DNA of 59,126 bases, filler included, from Sphacelaria rigidula (taxonomy: Eukaryota), in NCBI GenBank assembly GCA_964200075.2. It is 4 parts of 4 records of this genome, joined end to end, with 100 filler letters (N's around TTAATTAATTAA, not from the genome) between each part and the next. Parts side by side here need not be neighbours in the genome. Positions count along the whole stretch, not along the records: positions 1 to 14,708 come from CAXNAA020002080.1; 3 more parts are not named here. One strand, 5' to 3'. Positions 1 to 13,874 of this stretch are shown here, piece by piece. The number at the start of each line of letters is the position of its first letter. Position 1 is the first letter of the stretch. A program made the translations under genes and the position numbers. A model generated the notes under the pieces. That model was not told the DNA's origin and searched no databases. It worked only from the letters and a program-made list of their open reading frames with translations.

Positions 1-699
1 TTTTTATTTTTTCTTGGAAAGGTGGTATAGGCAAACGTTGTGCAGCCTCCAAGTAGGACAACATTCTCTGGAACCCCCCCCCCCCGCGCGCGCGCACACA
101 CACACACGGAAGCCCTAACGCCCCCCGAATTTATTGAGATGGGAGCACCCCAAACGGCCCGACCATTCTCGAGAGCCGTACCGTTGGAGGCCGGTGCGGC
201 TTGTCCAACAACCCCGTCGGTCCGCACAGGGAGACTCCCTGAGATGCAAGTGACAGGGGCTCTGCGGTGCCCACTGGTGTGTGTCTGTATCTACTCTGCT
301 GCCCTGAACCCCTTTGGCTTTTTCCTCTTTGTTTTTTGATCGGCCATTTCTTTCTGTGCTCCGCTTTTGTTGACTCATCAAATTTTTCTTTTTTTTCACG
401 TCTTAGTCCGCTATGTCGTTATGTTCGACTTTTTCTGGCCCTTCTCTTTCTTCAGCGAGTGTTTTAGTTTTGTTTTTTTTGGGTCCGTCTTTTATGAACC
501 ACGGCTGGATCCCTGGGGGGGTCAGTCAAATTGCGACAATCAACAAATCAATGAATCAAAATCAATCAATAGTGCCGAAGATTCAGCAAGTCACTTGTTT
601 TGAGTGTGATGTTACACCTGCGATAGTGCGACGCGCAGCACATTCTACTGAAGGAGCAATGAGAAGTGACCGCGAGTACGAGCTGTTATTTACGGAGCT

Positions 700-925
700 T
701 TTTTTTTCAGATTTTTCGACTTTTCCGGGAAACAAAACTCCCTCCCCGAAAAATATAACAGCAGATTTCTCAACCAGGTCAAGGAATAAAACACTGCAAG
801 TCTGAGTATATATCACTCTCAAAATCGGGCGTTGTATTTTTTCTCTCGGCATTTTACTTGGAAAAGTCGGGGTTCTTTTCCGCAAAAAGAAAAAAAAGAG
901 TCTGAACAAAACGTCCTGACACTCT
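700..925 (-). repeat. Dispersed repeat, inverted relative of ~45480-45700
   Basis: cctccccgaaaaatataacagcagatttctcaaccaggtcaaggaata resembles the reverse complement of 45609-45656. Confidence 0.55.
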
Positions 926-1148
926 TCACGACAGCCCCCCCCCCCCAAAAAAAAAGTGCCTGGTTTGGGAAGGCAAAATCTTGACGTAAATCGGAATGGG
1001 GAAAGCCGAGTACAACGAGAAGCTGGAAATCCCCCCGCTTGGGGTTGTTCTCGGCAATGTCGCCCATATGAGGCAATTCATGCAGCCTGAACCCAAACAT
1101 CAGGCGCTGCATGACCATTTTTTTCGTGATACTTTTCGGCTGGTTTTG

Positions 1149-1229
1149 GGAGGGGGGAGGGGGCGTACTCATTTGTTGCTTGCCTTAGTCATTTGACCAT
1201 TGACCACGGAAACCTTTCGAGACGGAGCA
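1149..1229 (-). mobile_element. ~80-bp 3' end of the same LINE on the minus strand, in a G-tract
   Basis: Reverse complement tgctccgtctcgaaaggtttccgtggtcaatggtcaaatgactaaggcaagcaacaaatgagtacgcccc matches 20578-20650. ggaggggggaggggg occurs on both sides. Confidence 0.85.
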
Positions 1230-2372
1230 GGAGGGGGGAGGGGGGGGGGCTATTGTAGAAAGTGTCTGCTGTTAAGAACAAACCTAGGATGCGCCAACGT
1301 CTGGTCCGAAGTAAGTACGCACTGCACGACTTTGGTCTATGAAGCATTCGTGCTCACTCACACAGAACACATATGTTGATCGCGCCATGTGGCCTTCGAA
1401 GGTGCGAACTCATCTAGCACTCCTCGAACAGACTCATGGGTTGAAGGTCAAACTTCGCGGAATCAAATCCCAACAGTATGGGTGTACTTTGTGTGCTTGT
1501 TGTGTGTCATCATTGCCCGTTGTCCGAAAGCGTGAGGGTGTGATTGGACGAGTCCTCTTCAATGACAGTCGACGAGATACGAGAGTGTTTGATTCATTGC
1601 CCGGTCGCAAGTTGTCAGGCTAGTGCCGCGGGATTTATGGGCTGTTCCCCGAGGCTATGAAGTCGTCCTACGGAGGGGTAGAGGGAAGATGAAACTATCA
1701 AAATGATTAAAAGCGCTCCCAAGACAACACAGATTACCGTGGAAACACACTTATGAATTCACTCACTCGCGGCAAGTTCTCCAGAAGCGCTCCCAGAAAG
1801 GTGTCGGCACGAAAAGGGCATTACAGATATCCAGTTCTTATGCCGTCATGGCCAACACCGTAGAACACCTGACAAAAACACGTGTTGCAAATGCGCACGC
1901 TTCAAACAACTCCAGTCGCTCAAACACGTGCCAGTCACTCAAATATGTGCCATTGCACGTGGGTTGAGGTATTCTTACAAGGACTCCAATGCCCCTGGTC
2001 GTGAGTGTTCTCCAGGAAAACTGCTTTTTCTGGTGCACTGATGTCACGCTACGCCGGAGAGTATATTTGGAGGACATAGATTCCCAGAGACTTGGGGCAG
2101 TAAAAATATGTAGTACCTGCGTGAGCCCACCGTAGCAGTCGTCCGGTCGTGCTGGCGAGAGGTATCAAAACGATCAACAACCAAGAACATGTGCGCCTGT
2201 TACCTCAGCACTCACTCCTGCACGCCGCAACCACGCTTTGTTTTTGTTTCGTGTTATGCTGTCATCGTTCATTGAGCCCCTACTGTACATGGGAGACTCG
2301 GGTCTTTAGTGTGTCTCTGGCAATCTGAACGACTACTACCAGCACTATGATAAAATACGGTGTGCTGTGCGT

Positions 2373-3571
2373 CAGGGCCATGCGTGGGACAGTAGGAGGG
2401 GATGAGACAGAATGCCCTACTCCTCTGAAGGGGACGGAACGGAACGGAACTGAACGGGTACTCTTCCTGTAGTCTGAAAGAGCGACGAGAATAGACCGGA
2501 ATTTGAGATTTTGTCGAGACGGGGCAGGACGAGGATTACCGCCCTGGAATTTTCTTCGGGATGGGGCGGGACGGAAAATTCAGTCCATAATACCATCGAG
2601 GCGGGCCGGATACTTTTCTCATCACGTGATAAACGACGGAACGGGAAGTTGCTTCTCCCGTTGCCAAAATATATAAGTGGACGAGACAAATGTCTTTGAA
2701 AAATATCGGGACGGTATGACCCGCCCTTTCCTGTACTCACAGAACTAATGAGCCTCATTCCGTGAGATTCCGTCCCGTTCAGTGAGATCGCGTTCGATCC
2801 TTTGTGGAAAAGCGTACATCAATACTCGGAAACAAATGCGTTCAGCTCAGAATTTTCGGAAGAAATGTGTGGCGCGGCTTCTTCAGCGCAAGGATGGAGC
2901 ATCCAACGGCAGTTAAGGCATGCAACAGGCGTCTACAAGGGTAAAGTCGAGCGACAACAAAAGCCACCAACTTCACAGCAGAACTCAACCAAGTATCAAA
3001 GAAGCCAACAGCCCATCATCAACTCAAAAATAATGGCTGGGCATCTAGGTTACACCAAAACTCTTCGATTCTGTACCTGTACTACTCATGATCATGACGG
3101 ATCATGTCGGCAATACTCTACCGCGTCGTACATGAGTGCTGCATGTCTCACACCCACCACAGATCCAAGTTTTCAGATGGAATTCTTCATCCCCCGTGGA
3201 GATCTGACGGGGAAAACCCGTTCCGTTCACGGTATGTTCCATGAAGCACGAAGGAAAAAGTCAGGTAGGTCCCGTGAAAACTGCACGGCCACGGAAAAAT
3301 AAAAACGGAATCAGGATGAGACTGAGAGTTGGCCATCGACTGTAATCAATGGGACATATACTTCTTCCGCAGCCCGAACAACAGACATGACGGAACGGGT
3401 TCTTGTCCCATTACCTACACAAACGGCGGGATGGTACGAGTAATTTGGGAATATCCTCAGACGGGACAGGAGGTAATTTCACGACTTGTTGATCAGGACG
3501 ACACCGCACGGGCCATCGCGTCCCGTGCCGGACAATATTCCGCGAGATTCCCGTTCCGTGAAAAGCCCTTG
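2373..3571. mobile_element. Old non-autonomous TIR element rich in GACGGG/CCCGTC motifs; diverged relative at ~16730-17725
   Basis: Ends cagggcc... and ...ccgtgaaaagcccttg. Colinear blocks are shared with 16870-17030 and 17530-17600 (e.g. gagat(c/t)tgacggg.aaaa...gttcacgg). Confidence 0.55.
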
Positions 3572-4243
3572 TGACTCATCTCCCGTACTTATTACACCAC
3601 ACCCCTCGTGTAATAACCCCGGGTGTTAGGGGTTGGTTTGGTTTGTAAACATACCATTATCTAGATTAATAGTACCGTACCGGGGTGTGTGGTATAGCAT
3701 CCGCTCAAAATACCACCCTGGGGTGATTGATTTCGAGTGTTAAGCTCTGACCGCCCGGGGATTGTATAAAGTGTTTTCCACGGTATGCCCAACCTAGGTG
3801 GTATACCTTGGAAGAAAGTCTCCTGGATTACAGACGCTCCAAGCACGGTGTATCTCGAAACATGAGTACCCTGCTGTACCGCGAGATTTCGTGCACCAGG
3901 ACACACGTTCGTTGGCGTGGATATTGCACTTGTCGGTTGAATTCAGGTGACACAACTCATCACTGACACTGGTCGTGGCTCGACGCCATCTACCGTCTTC
4001 TCGTGTGGCGAAGAGGCGTTTTCCGTACTTGAACAAGGATGACATGTCTGGATAGTGGAGAATGGTACTTTAACGTGTTCACCGCAGTTGCAATATCGGT
4101 TCGGTGTGGGACCTGGCACGGAATACGCCGAATGTTCATGCCCCGATCTACCAGCAACGAGAACACTGACCGGCCCACTCACCCAATCCCCCCATCTTGT
4201 TCCACTCCGGGGTTTAAATCTCATGTTTTGATCACTTTTCCAG

Positions 4244-7200
4244 TACAGAGTCATACTGCTGCGGCTCGCCAGAACCAAGGCCAGAACGCTGGTGTTGTAC
4301 AATACATGAGCGCTTTTGGAGATTTGTCCTTTCTCATCAACGTCTTCCATGGCTACTATAGTTGTGAGAGCACTACACACAGTACATTCCATCCAAAGGG
4401 CACTCTCGCTGCACAAAGCTATGACGGAATTTCTTGGATCGTTCAAGACGTCCTGGCACCCAAGACCCAAGATTTTGAGGGCATGTATATGTGGTATGGG
4501 CGCCTCAAGAAGCGACCAGCAGGGGAAAACGGTTCGACAAATTTTACGCAAAGGAATGGCGGAGATCGCAAGCGCTGCAATCTACGAGAGCAGAAGAGGT
4601 TTTCGTTCAATTTGTCAGCTGGGATTCTCGGTGTTGGTCTATGTGTTCCCGGGAAATGGTACTGACAGTTCCGCCGGTCCCGTCCCATACGTTCGGTCAA
4701 GCGATGCGCGGCGTAACAGTGTATTGATAGTATTTTTCTCGATTTCAGATAATATCACTGTTGTTGTAATATTGCCAAGCCTCCAGGATACCAGGCATGG
4801 TCAAGGTGGGGGCATTGGTTTGAGTTCAGACTGGTAGCTTTATCCGTCACACATTTTCGGCGAAGCAGCCAAACGGGATCGCGGGTGTATTAAAATAGCG
4901 GTAAATCGGAGGCCAAGCACCTGACAGCACGAGCCCCATGACGGATCGCATGTTCTCCGGCATAGGGGTGGATTATAGCACAAATGTATCTATCGCAAAC
5001 TGGTCGTTACATTCCTGGACTTGTCACGCTCCCCTCTATACTTCACAAACGAGATGACCAAGAAGGATAACAGCTAGTATTATCAAGAATTTGACGAACG
5101 ATACCTTCGAAAGCATGAAGGTCCCAATACGATAGGGGCTCGTGCCACTTCTCACATCACAATCACTTTGGCGTTCGTTTCCCACTAGAGTTGATACTTT
5201 GCCGACCGATCGGAGGACGATGGTTGGAGATGGACTATACATTCACTGGGGTTGGGGTTGGAGTTTCCATTGGTCGCGCACGAGTCGGGGCGCCATAGCG
5301 TAAAAAACCCACACTAAGGAAATGCCCAACAGTTGTTCGGAGAAAGGGAAGAATATCATGTCTCAGAGAGATAGTGGAGGATCAATCGCTAGGAATAACA
5401 CCGGAATCCATGGCAGTGTAGTTTCTTCCGCTGTTTGCCAAGAGGTGTTGTGAAAATCAAAGTCGCCTACCTGCATTCGAATAGAGAATACGGCAAAGGT
5501 GTGCACAACTTCTGGGTTCCCAAATATTTCCAGAAGGTACAGTGCTTCGGTATATCAGTGTACGTATTCCTGCCGTCTCTTCACGCAGTATCGTGCGCCC
5601 TATGGTTCTGCTGCCTGGAACTAGGTACGTGGCAGGGTGTTCTGCGTATAATATATGGGAACAGATGACCAATTATAAAGCGAACACCCCATGTGGAAGC
5701 CGACTAAGGACATGATCAACAACCGATATGAGCAGACAGGATTTTTCGATCGGCGGCCCTCGACGCAGCAGCCTCTCGATATTGACGGCGGTCTGATTCT
5801 TGTTTGTCTACGGTCTGATTCTTGTTTGGCCGCACGTCGCCATGTGTCCTCCAACTCTTCCGCTCCTTTTTCAATTTCAATATGCCATTTGCCCATGTTC
5901 TTCGCCGCAGTAACTCAATCGTATGCATCATGTAACTCTGCACCGTAGACAAACCATTTCCGTCGGGTTCCCTTGCGCGGGACAGCCCCCAGTGCACGTA
6001 TGTTCTCTTGGAGGGTATCTTCCCATTGCTTGGGGGGGCGGCCGTCCTCCTTGGGCCCTCGTGTGGTTGACTGATCCTTCATTACGCGCTTAGGAAGGCG
6101 TTTGTCGATAAGATAAGACAGGCTTACCCGAATCGTTCACTCGGATCCCCCTTCGCAGTGACTGTTCTCCTAGAACAACGATGCCCCCTTCATTGGCTGT
6201 ACGATACTTGTCTTCTTCACGTCCAAACTTTCGACAGGCCAACATTTGGTGAGAAAATGCTAGACTTCGAGGTGAAATCAGCATTCGCTGCCCTGGAGAT
6301 TACAGCAGCAGGTGCATCGACGTATTGGAAGCAAATGCGATTGCTCGCTTCGTACACCTCGCGTACCCCATTGGCTTGCACTACGGGCGCACAACGGTAC
6401 ACTACCGCACATTATATCGTACAGTAACAGCACTGACGTTGGTTGAACCAAGCCGCTGCCACAAAGGCGAATGCCGAGCCTCCACATTCGCGGAAGACAG
6501 CTGGCACGTGTTTTCCACCGAACGAATCATCGCGTTGTTGTGTGTCTACACAAATACACATGGCCGCTATTACGTAAACTCACTGCCACCTCAGCATTAT
6601 GGCTAGCATCAAGTAGCACAGCTTGATTTCGTGTTCCATTTTACCAAAAAAATAACAATCCAACCCCAACTCACCCCAAACATTAATATATTAAAGTACA
6701 GTATTAGCATCCGTTTCGTGGCAAAAGAAAGTATTTTCCACAGCACTCGGTCGCTTCTCATAGTCTGAAAACGGACTCTCTGAGAAATACCCTTTTTGAG
6801 CCTTTTATCGCAGATTTTTGGCGGAATACCGGCCTTGGCGGATTGATTCTCCTCTGAAAAATTTGCAATGTTTTTCTCGAGGATTATAGCGCACTTTTCC
6901 GATTTTTCGTACGCCCAGTTTTGATTTTGGTCAGATTCTCGATATTATTTTAATCGCCCCCCAAACCGTCCAGTCGTAGGAAAAAACACTTACTTTTTCC
7001 CGACAACTCGAAGAATTTGGGAGCGACTGAAAAATCGAGAATCCGGCCAAAAGTACAACTGGGCGTACGAAAAATCGGAAAAGTGCGCTAGAAACCTCGT
7101 GGAAAACATACGAGTAGCAAATCTTTCAGAGAAGGCCCAATCCGCCAAGGTCCGTGTTCCGCCAAAAATCCGCGATGAAAGGCTAAAAAAAGCCAGTTCT

Positions 7201-7975
7201 CAGAGAGTTCGTTTTCAGACTGTAAGAAGCGGCCTCATGAGGGTTTCGTCGAAAATATATTTCGGGACAGGTACGCCCCCAAATCGAAAATGTATTATAG
7301 TATTATCCTTCTCTTGTACGGGTTTTTGTCTTGGCTTGGTTGTTTCTAGACGATAGTTGATATTTTACGGTTGGTGTTACTCGATGCGGGAGCTAGGGCG
7401 GCGTGTGGTGTCACGAATGGAGTACAGCATGTGAATCCTGGAAACGGTGACGAAACTATACTGGATGCACAGGTAGCTGTTATGGCATGCATACGGCAAC
7501 TGCACACAAGCAGGCAACTACCATTTTCTTCGGAGTGATTCCGCGATAGCCCCCGCCCAGAAAAATTGGCTGGTTCGAGGATGCAAAATCTACAGACGAA
7601 TCGTGATCTACAAAGACCAAGCACACCGAAAAGTGAACACTTACTTGCTGTAACAAAATGAAGTAGGCTGAACCCTGCTTTGAACTACTGTCTGTGTCTG
7701 TACTGTAACAGTCGTCTGACATATCAATACGCTCGGCGATTTGTTTTGTTCATTTGTTCCCAAACAAACCTCGAAGTCCCCTGCTGCCTGTTGTGTTTTC
7801 TCGGTGCCATACTTGCGCAGTTTCCAGAAAAGCGGGTACAGCGAGGGAAAACAAGCGATTCATGGTTCAAGAGCTACTGCAAGCGACAACAACACGCCGG
7901 GGGTGCTCCGTTGGCGCAAATCTTTCGCCGCAGAAGATATACTGTTCTGATTTTGCTTCAAGGATCTCGTCGTAC
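4244..7975 (+). CDS. Possible exons of an unidentified plus-strand gene (approx. 4249-4494, 6094-6311, 7821-7975)
   Basis: Open, protein-like stretches bounded by AG/GT (e.g. KAFVDKIRQAYPNRSLGSPFAVTVLLEQRCPLHWLYD). I could not build a full in-phase model. Confidence 0.25.
6749..7234. mobile_element. Foldback MITE with termini related to the 25.5 kb element
   Basis: ggtcgcttctcatagtctgaaaacg...cgttttcagactgtaagaagcggcc; near-complete palindrome centred near 6990 (tagcgcacttttccgatttttcgtacgcccagtt and its exact reverse complement). Confidence 0.85.
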
Positions 7976-9175
7976 GTAGTCGGTAGAGTATGACCTTTTT
8001 GCGCAAGTAGGAGGGACAGATTATCGTTACAATCGCCCCCCTTCTCAACGTGAAGACAGCAGCACCACAAGCCGGCTTCCAAGCACTACTAGGATTCGAA
8101 GCAGTCACGCCCGCGCCATGATGGAGTACTGGAAGCGTATGATTCATTTGCATCAAAGGGCGGGTGGTGGCCTTCATAGGACCCCGAGCGATCTCGGGTG
8201 AAACGTCTCAACTACACGCGACATGAGGGTTGCGGCGTTCAGCTGTGCTGGGGCACGGTGATGTCATGGGCGTACTCCGCAGCATACCCTCACTGACCAT
8301 CCCCTTCTGCTCCTCCTCCCGAATATGCTGATGTAACTGGGATTGTTCCCATGGGCAAGGCGAGACTCTCTGCCGAAATATTTCCATGGGTGCGTGTGAG
8401 ACTAGTTTTATCCCAGGTACCGCTGGATACTGTCGTAGTCGATTTACAGTTGGAGCCCTCCTGATTTGTGTTTTACCGGTCGGATGCTTGCTCGGGCGTG
8501 TTTAAAGCGTCGAATAGTATTTAGCGTCTATCGCGTGCCACTGGCCGTTATCTGTTGAAAATCACGAGAGAGAGGAGGATGTGCCTCTGATGTCCAGCAC
8601 ATGGTGTTGGCGTGTGTCTGACAGCGCACGATGTACAGCTTGGAGCACCTACGTGCATGTGGTTTGTCTTGAGAGCGCAATATCAAGCTCTTCGGATACT
8701 GTTCTGATTTACTTCGGCTCGGAAATCTTTCGCCAGAGGAGAGGTGAAGTCACGGCGCCGCCAGCACAGTCCGCGCTCTTGACACGTATCTTCGTTGCGT
8801 GGGAATCTTCATGGGTTTGGTGTTCTCTGACAAAAGGGTGTAATCGCACGCAAGCCAGCAATCATGACACGCCATCTTGCCCACGAGATCATCCTTGTAT
8901 ACTAGTGGGCATCCCAAGCCACCCTAACCAGGTCTCCTGGGTTCGTTATCGATAGGCTTCGGACTTTGCCTTCGTGTCATGTGCGCAACCAAGCTATTTC
9001 ATCGCTGCTTGCATAAACACTGTAGCAGCTCCACAACTACTTGAAATGGTACCACAACAGCCCAGGACGCCCACGTTATTTTCTCCACCGATGTCGAAGC
9101 TACTGTGTCGAGATTTCCGAAGACCCTTTGTAGGACAAGTGAATCCATGTATTTACCCGCTGCACTGACTCTCAC

Positions 9176-12100
9176 CATCCAAGGCTAACACCCTCGACTC
9201 CAACCGAGTTATCGAGTATAGCATCACTGGTACAGTACTCGTGCAAGCGCTCATACCGGTGAGCGTTTTGCGTGCATGCATAAGTTGCATCAAAAGCAAT
9301 CCTTTCTTTGCCTGGCTGCATTACAAGAGATACATGGTGCGGTGGATACGGATGGAAAATGCTGCGGTAGGGGTGCACATGTATTTTCTGAGGTTAAAAT
9401 TGTCAGGAGCCCTTGATCTCATGCAAAACACGACTTATGAAAATGTGTGAGTGCGCCAAGATTACTACTCCAATGTGCTAGGGATATCTCGAATTAATTT
9501 GCAAAAGGGGATGCCCTGACTCATATTCTTGTGCATCTAGGATCCTTAGGAGCCCCTGAAGTAGACAAGATTTCGCGCAAAAAGTGCACCCCTACCGTAG
9601 CATTGCACGGATACGATACAAAGTGCCTTCCCTGGGCAGCGCAAACATGTCTCCCCTCTGACGCACGCTTGAGATTCCTTACGCTTGCCAGGAACGTAGC
9701 TGTCACCTCGATAATGCCGGATGCGTCACCGTTAGCTGCAATATTTTAGATGGCTCACCGTGGGATCCGTTTCGACGAGAACAGGATTTTTTTTTTTTTT
9801 TTTCGTTTCACACCGCCTGGACTGAACCCCAACCACAGCAGACAAGTCATGGCCCTAGCAGCTAATCAAGTGCTCGCTTCTATCTTGGATCAGCAGCCTA
9901 GATCTCTCAACGAAACTCAAGGAACAGGTCCACCCACCCTCGTGGCAACCGCAAAACCAAGGAACGATATCTAAGCAGTGCAACTCCAGCACAACTGATT
10001 TTGACCAGGTGACACTACTTATTCTCTGCATTAAGGATGATGACCTTTTGTATGAAGACAACTAGCACGATCGAGACGGGTAACCTTCAGTACTGTGGTG
10101 CACGATTGTTCAAGGTCGTTGGTGGACGCCCCATCAACACAACGACATCAGCGGTACGCAGAGAGAAGCAGGGGATATCTGGTCGTTTGAATCGCACTTA
10201 TCAGGACAGACGCTTATCTACGACAGCTGTCTTTCGCACGTGGTGAGGTTTTTCACCCTACAGCTACTGTACGGCAGGCCTTGGGCGTTATTCTTGCGGC
10301 TGATCATGTGTCGCGCCCAAATAGGACACGCTTCGGGTTGTGTGTGTTGGCGGGTGCTGGCAGATGTGGTTGTATTTCCTACTGGTCAGTGAGCCCCTAA
10401 GCTCGTGCACACTATTTTGTTTTGTTCGTGGCGATGCTGTTCGCCCGGGAAAGACGGCATGAGTTGTGGGGCGTTCTCAGCCGACCATTGCGGGTGGCCA
10501 CGACCCTGTAGTCGCGCCAAGCCACCTGTTTGACATACATCTTGTTTGACACACATCGTCTAGGTTTGAATCACAGCTAGCTTGACGCTATCTTATCGCT
10601 GATGCTACACGTACTGCAGCTGCCAACGTTTCGCCCGAACGCGGTGGTCGCCGCGTGTTTCGTTATATCAACACTGGAGCCCCTACGTTTTTTCACAAAT
10701 AAATGCTGAAGAAGTGGTAACGGCCGGTTTTGCGAAAGATATATTTCAGTGTCCGTTGAGACTTTTCATCACATACTGCAGGCGGGAAACGAGGAAGTGG
10801 GAAACAGCAGACTGCGAACCTGGATCCCCATCTTGGTTGGCACGAATGCTACTGTAGGCCTAGTCTGCTGCCCGGGATACGCTGTTTCTATGTTGTTATA
10901 ACCTGACCTGTCGCTAAATTCACGGATCTCGTGTAAGGCCCGACCGTGACGGTATCGAACACATGATGGCGGTGACACGTCGTCTCAGTTGTTCTACATC
11001 GCAGTTCATTGCGCATGTCTGCAGTGATGCATGCCGACGTAATCGTGTCTTGCCTATCCCTACTCATTCGATCTAGACACAGGGTGAGATTCCTCGCTTG
11101 TGCAGCGCCTGCCATCATGAGGGGAACACGCTTCTGCTCCAAGGTTCAAGTTTACTTCATACCTGCGGGCGAAAGACCGCATTTCGGAACTCTATCGTCA
11201 ACGTATAGCCCCGAGAATAGTTCGGGGGCGTGTATCTACTCTTCAGGGGTATGCAGCTCAAGCACAAACAATACTGCAATAAAAATGTGTCAAGAAAGAA
11301 TGGTGTACTGCATACTTGGTTTCAGTGGGCGCGAAAAAGACGCCACGGCACAATGAATATGCGAGACTATAATCAAGCACTTTGACGTACTTCTCCATCA
11401 CACTAACCCGACCTTTGACGCTTTTACAGTACTGCGGTGTAACTGCTGGGGTTCTGTGAAATGGCATGGCCTTTTGCGTAGATTGCAATCGGAGCACGGC
11501 CAAGACACAGTGCAACTGCACCATTGGTGGGTTGGTGGTTGGTGCAGTGCAGCACAATACAACTACCTCACTGTCTAGCGCTGATAGCATAACATGTGAA
11601 TATCTGGGAAGTTACTTGTCGCTGCAGTACTACACTACACCATAGACCGTGACAAAGCACGAAGGCTACGTTACTGACCGAGGCATGGCAACGCCTCACC
11701 GAAAGATTCACGGCCATTGCCGATAACACCACTACTGCAGTGATGAAACTTGCACGCGCACGTCCTGTCATATTCCCATCATTGCAGCCACTCATAAAAA
11801 GTCACAAAATGACGCCACGACCAGTACCAGATAACAGCGGGAATTGGTCACACTACTCTATTCCGGGCGAATCCTCATTTCCCCATGATACTTTGTAGCA
11901 GACTTTTACGAACAGATCCGATCTCGTTACTACAGCTGTGCAAATTCGAAACCCACAGTCACGAGACCCTGTGAAGCGATCGCAAACGGACCCCTGCACA
12001 GGGGAGAGATGATGGCGTTTTCGCCACGACACCTAACACAAGTTATTGCCGCGAACATCTTGATTCCAGTACTTCCCCCACAAGGTCAATGCTCCCGGCC

Positions 12101-12567
12101 CGCCCCCGCGCAGTACAAACACATATCTAATCAATTGCCTGTGGAACTACGGACCGGTTTTTGTCCCGAGAGCCAGTCTCGTCTCTAAGAATTTACCTGA
12201 GAAGCAACGTACAACCCGAAAAACAAGTCAGCAATACCTGTCTGGTTAAGGCGCATACAGGTCACGCCACGACGTAGACAAATGCTGTCGTGTAATAGGG
12301 CAACCACCAAAATACCTGCATACTTCATATTCGTTTTCTCAGCAAACGCCTTTCCGACGTTTGCGTTTACGCATAAGTGTGCCTTACCATCCACATCTGT
12401 ATCCGTGAAGGTTATGTACTGCAAATTACGACTGTGGATTTTGACTTGCTGCATGTCTTTCCCCCTCCTCACCCACTCCTCAACTCCGATGCTGATTCTC
12501 GTCCTTTTGGTTCAAACGTCGTCAGCAAGGCAACAATGCCGAGGCATCTTACTGCTCCAGACGGCAT
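9176..12567 (-). CDS. Putative multi-exon orphan gene (exons 12473-12567, 11064-11162, 10820-10907, 9938-10025, 9596-9735, 9176-9315)
   Basis: Six GT-AG-bounded exons chain with compatible phases (2,2,0,1,0,2) and no stop: MPSGAVRCLGIVALLTTFEPKG...YEVNLNLGAEAC...TVAFVPTKMGIQRISSVTWSKSVVLELHCLDIVPWFCGCHEANGD...RYERLHEYC. No recognisable domain. Confidence 0.45.
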
Positions 12568-12826
12568 GCGCGATAGGGACAGGGCCGCGGTGAAGCGTGG
12601 CGCTGTGGCCGCAAAGAGAATGAGGGATATGCGAACTGTGGCGGTAAGCAGGCTGTTGAGTGCAATTTCGTTTTGAACATCACTTGTCGGGTGCCGATGC
12701 CAAAATGCAAACGGCTTCAATGCTTTCGTTCCCACGACGGTGTTTGCATGCATTTCGGATTCGATTTGTGAACATTGCATCCAGGTAAGGATATACTGGC
12801 AGGCAACAACAAAGCACTGGACCTTA

Positions 12827-13044
12827 TGTAGGGCGTGAGCGGATCACGTGCTGTTTGGACCGCATCGGACTTGAAACACTCCTATGATTTGGGTTAGGAT
12901 TAGGGTTAGGGTTAGGGTTAGGGTTAGTGTTAGGGGGGCGGTCCTTGCAGGAATTGGCCCGAGCGGTCTTGAAAAACGTCGGTCCCGGGGTGTTTAGCAC
13001 TCCCATGCGGTCCCAAAAGCACGCGGTCCGTTCACGCGCTACAT
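12827..13044. mobile_element. MITE with ~40-bp TIRs enclosing a (TTAGGG)n array
   Basis: atgtagggcgtgagcggatcacgtgctgtttggaccgcat pairs with atgcggtcccaaaagcacgcggtccgttcacgcgctacat. About 8 TTAGGG-like units at 12888-12935. Confidence 0.75.
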
Positions 13045-13799
13045 CTCATACCCCGCAATACCTTGAGCGGAAATCGTGCCTCGACACGAAGACAACGTTG
13101 TTCAAGAGGAGAGGTTACGCCAAAAGGGTTCGAGTACCTGGTGAAAGAGCACTTACGGTGCTCGGGGTCATTGCGTCGAGTACGATAGACCACGATTTGT
13201 GAGCGGTGAACGTCTATCGTGATTAGTATGGGCAGGTCAAGCAATATGGGCACACGTTTCGATGACAAGGGACAAAGCCGATTATAGTTGGTACTTGCAG
13301 CAGCACCTGGGTGGTGTGAGTGATACATGATGCATGATACAGTCCACTACAGTACCGTGCGTCTTGTGACGGACCAGGGCGGAGTAAGGGGCTCAATTCC
13401 CAGCAGGTACGGTTCGTTACGGTTTTGTTGTGAATAGAGTCTGATTTCCTACCTTGGAAACGTGAGGACGTGAATAGCAAAGAAATTTAGTAAAGCTCGA
13501 CGCGGTGGGGGGAGTGCTGACCCGAAGCGTGATATGTACCAAGATGCAAGGCATGTACCGAGGGGGTAGATGGGTTAATCCCTTGAGATTTATTGATTAT
13601 TTTAATAGGGACTTGTGCCAACAAGAGTGAGGGGTTCGAAGGATGGAGATAGCGGGAAAGAGTACAAGTATTAACACCTCGTCTGCCTCTTTCTAGACGA
13701 AGCGTTCCTCGCGAACGTGTTTAGATGGCGTGTAGATACCATCACTAAAATGAGTAATTCCCTGCGAGTGTCGGTCGAGGACGCATCACCTTTTCACGT

Positions 13800-13874
13800 T
13801 GGCGACAGCGAGAGATGACTGACTCGGTATGCATCCCAAACAGGAGGTTCCGTGTTCAAATCCTGGCTTGACCA
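13800..13874 (+). mobile_element. tRNA-derived (SINE-head-like) relic
   Basis: B-box/T-arm ccgtgTTCAAATcctgg followed by cttgacca; D-arm and acceptor stem degenerate. Confidence 0.3.

Noticed and set aside
12888..12935. True telomere or chromosome-fusion scar
   Set aside because: Short, single-orientation array enclosed by the TIRs of a small element.
13800..13874. Functional tRNA gene
   Set aside because: Only the T-arm/B-box and a CCA-like end are recognisable; the acceptor and D stems do not pair.
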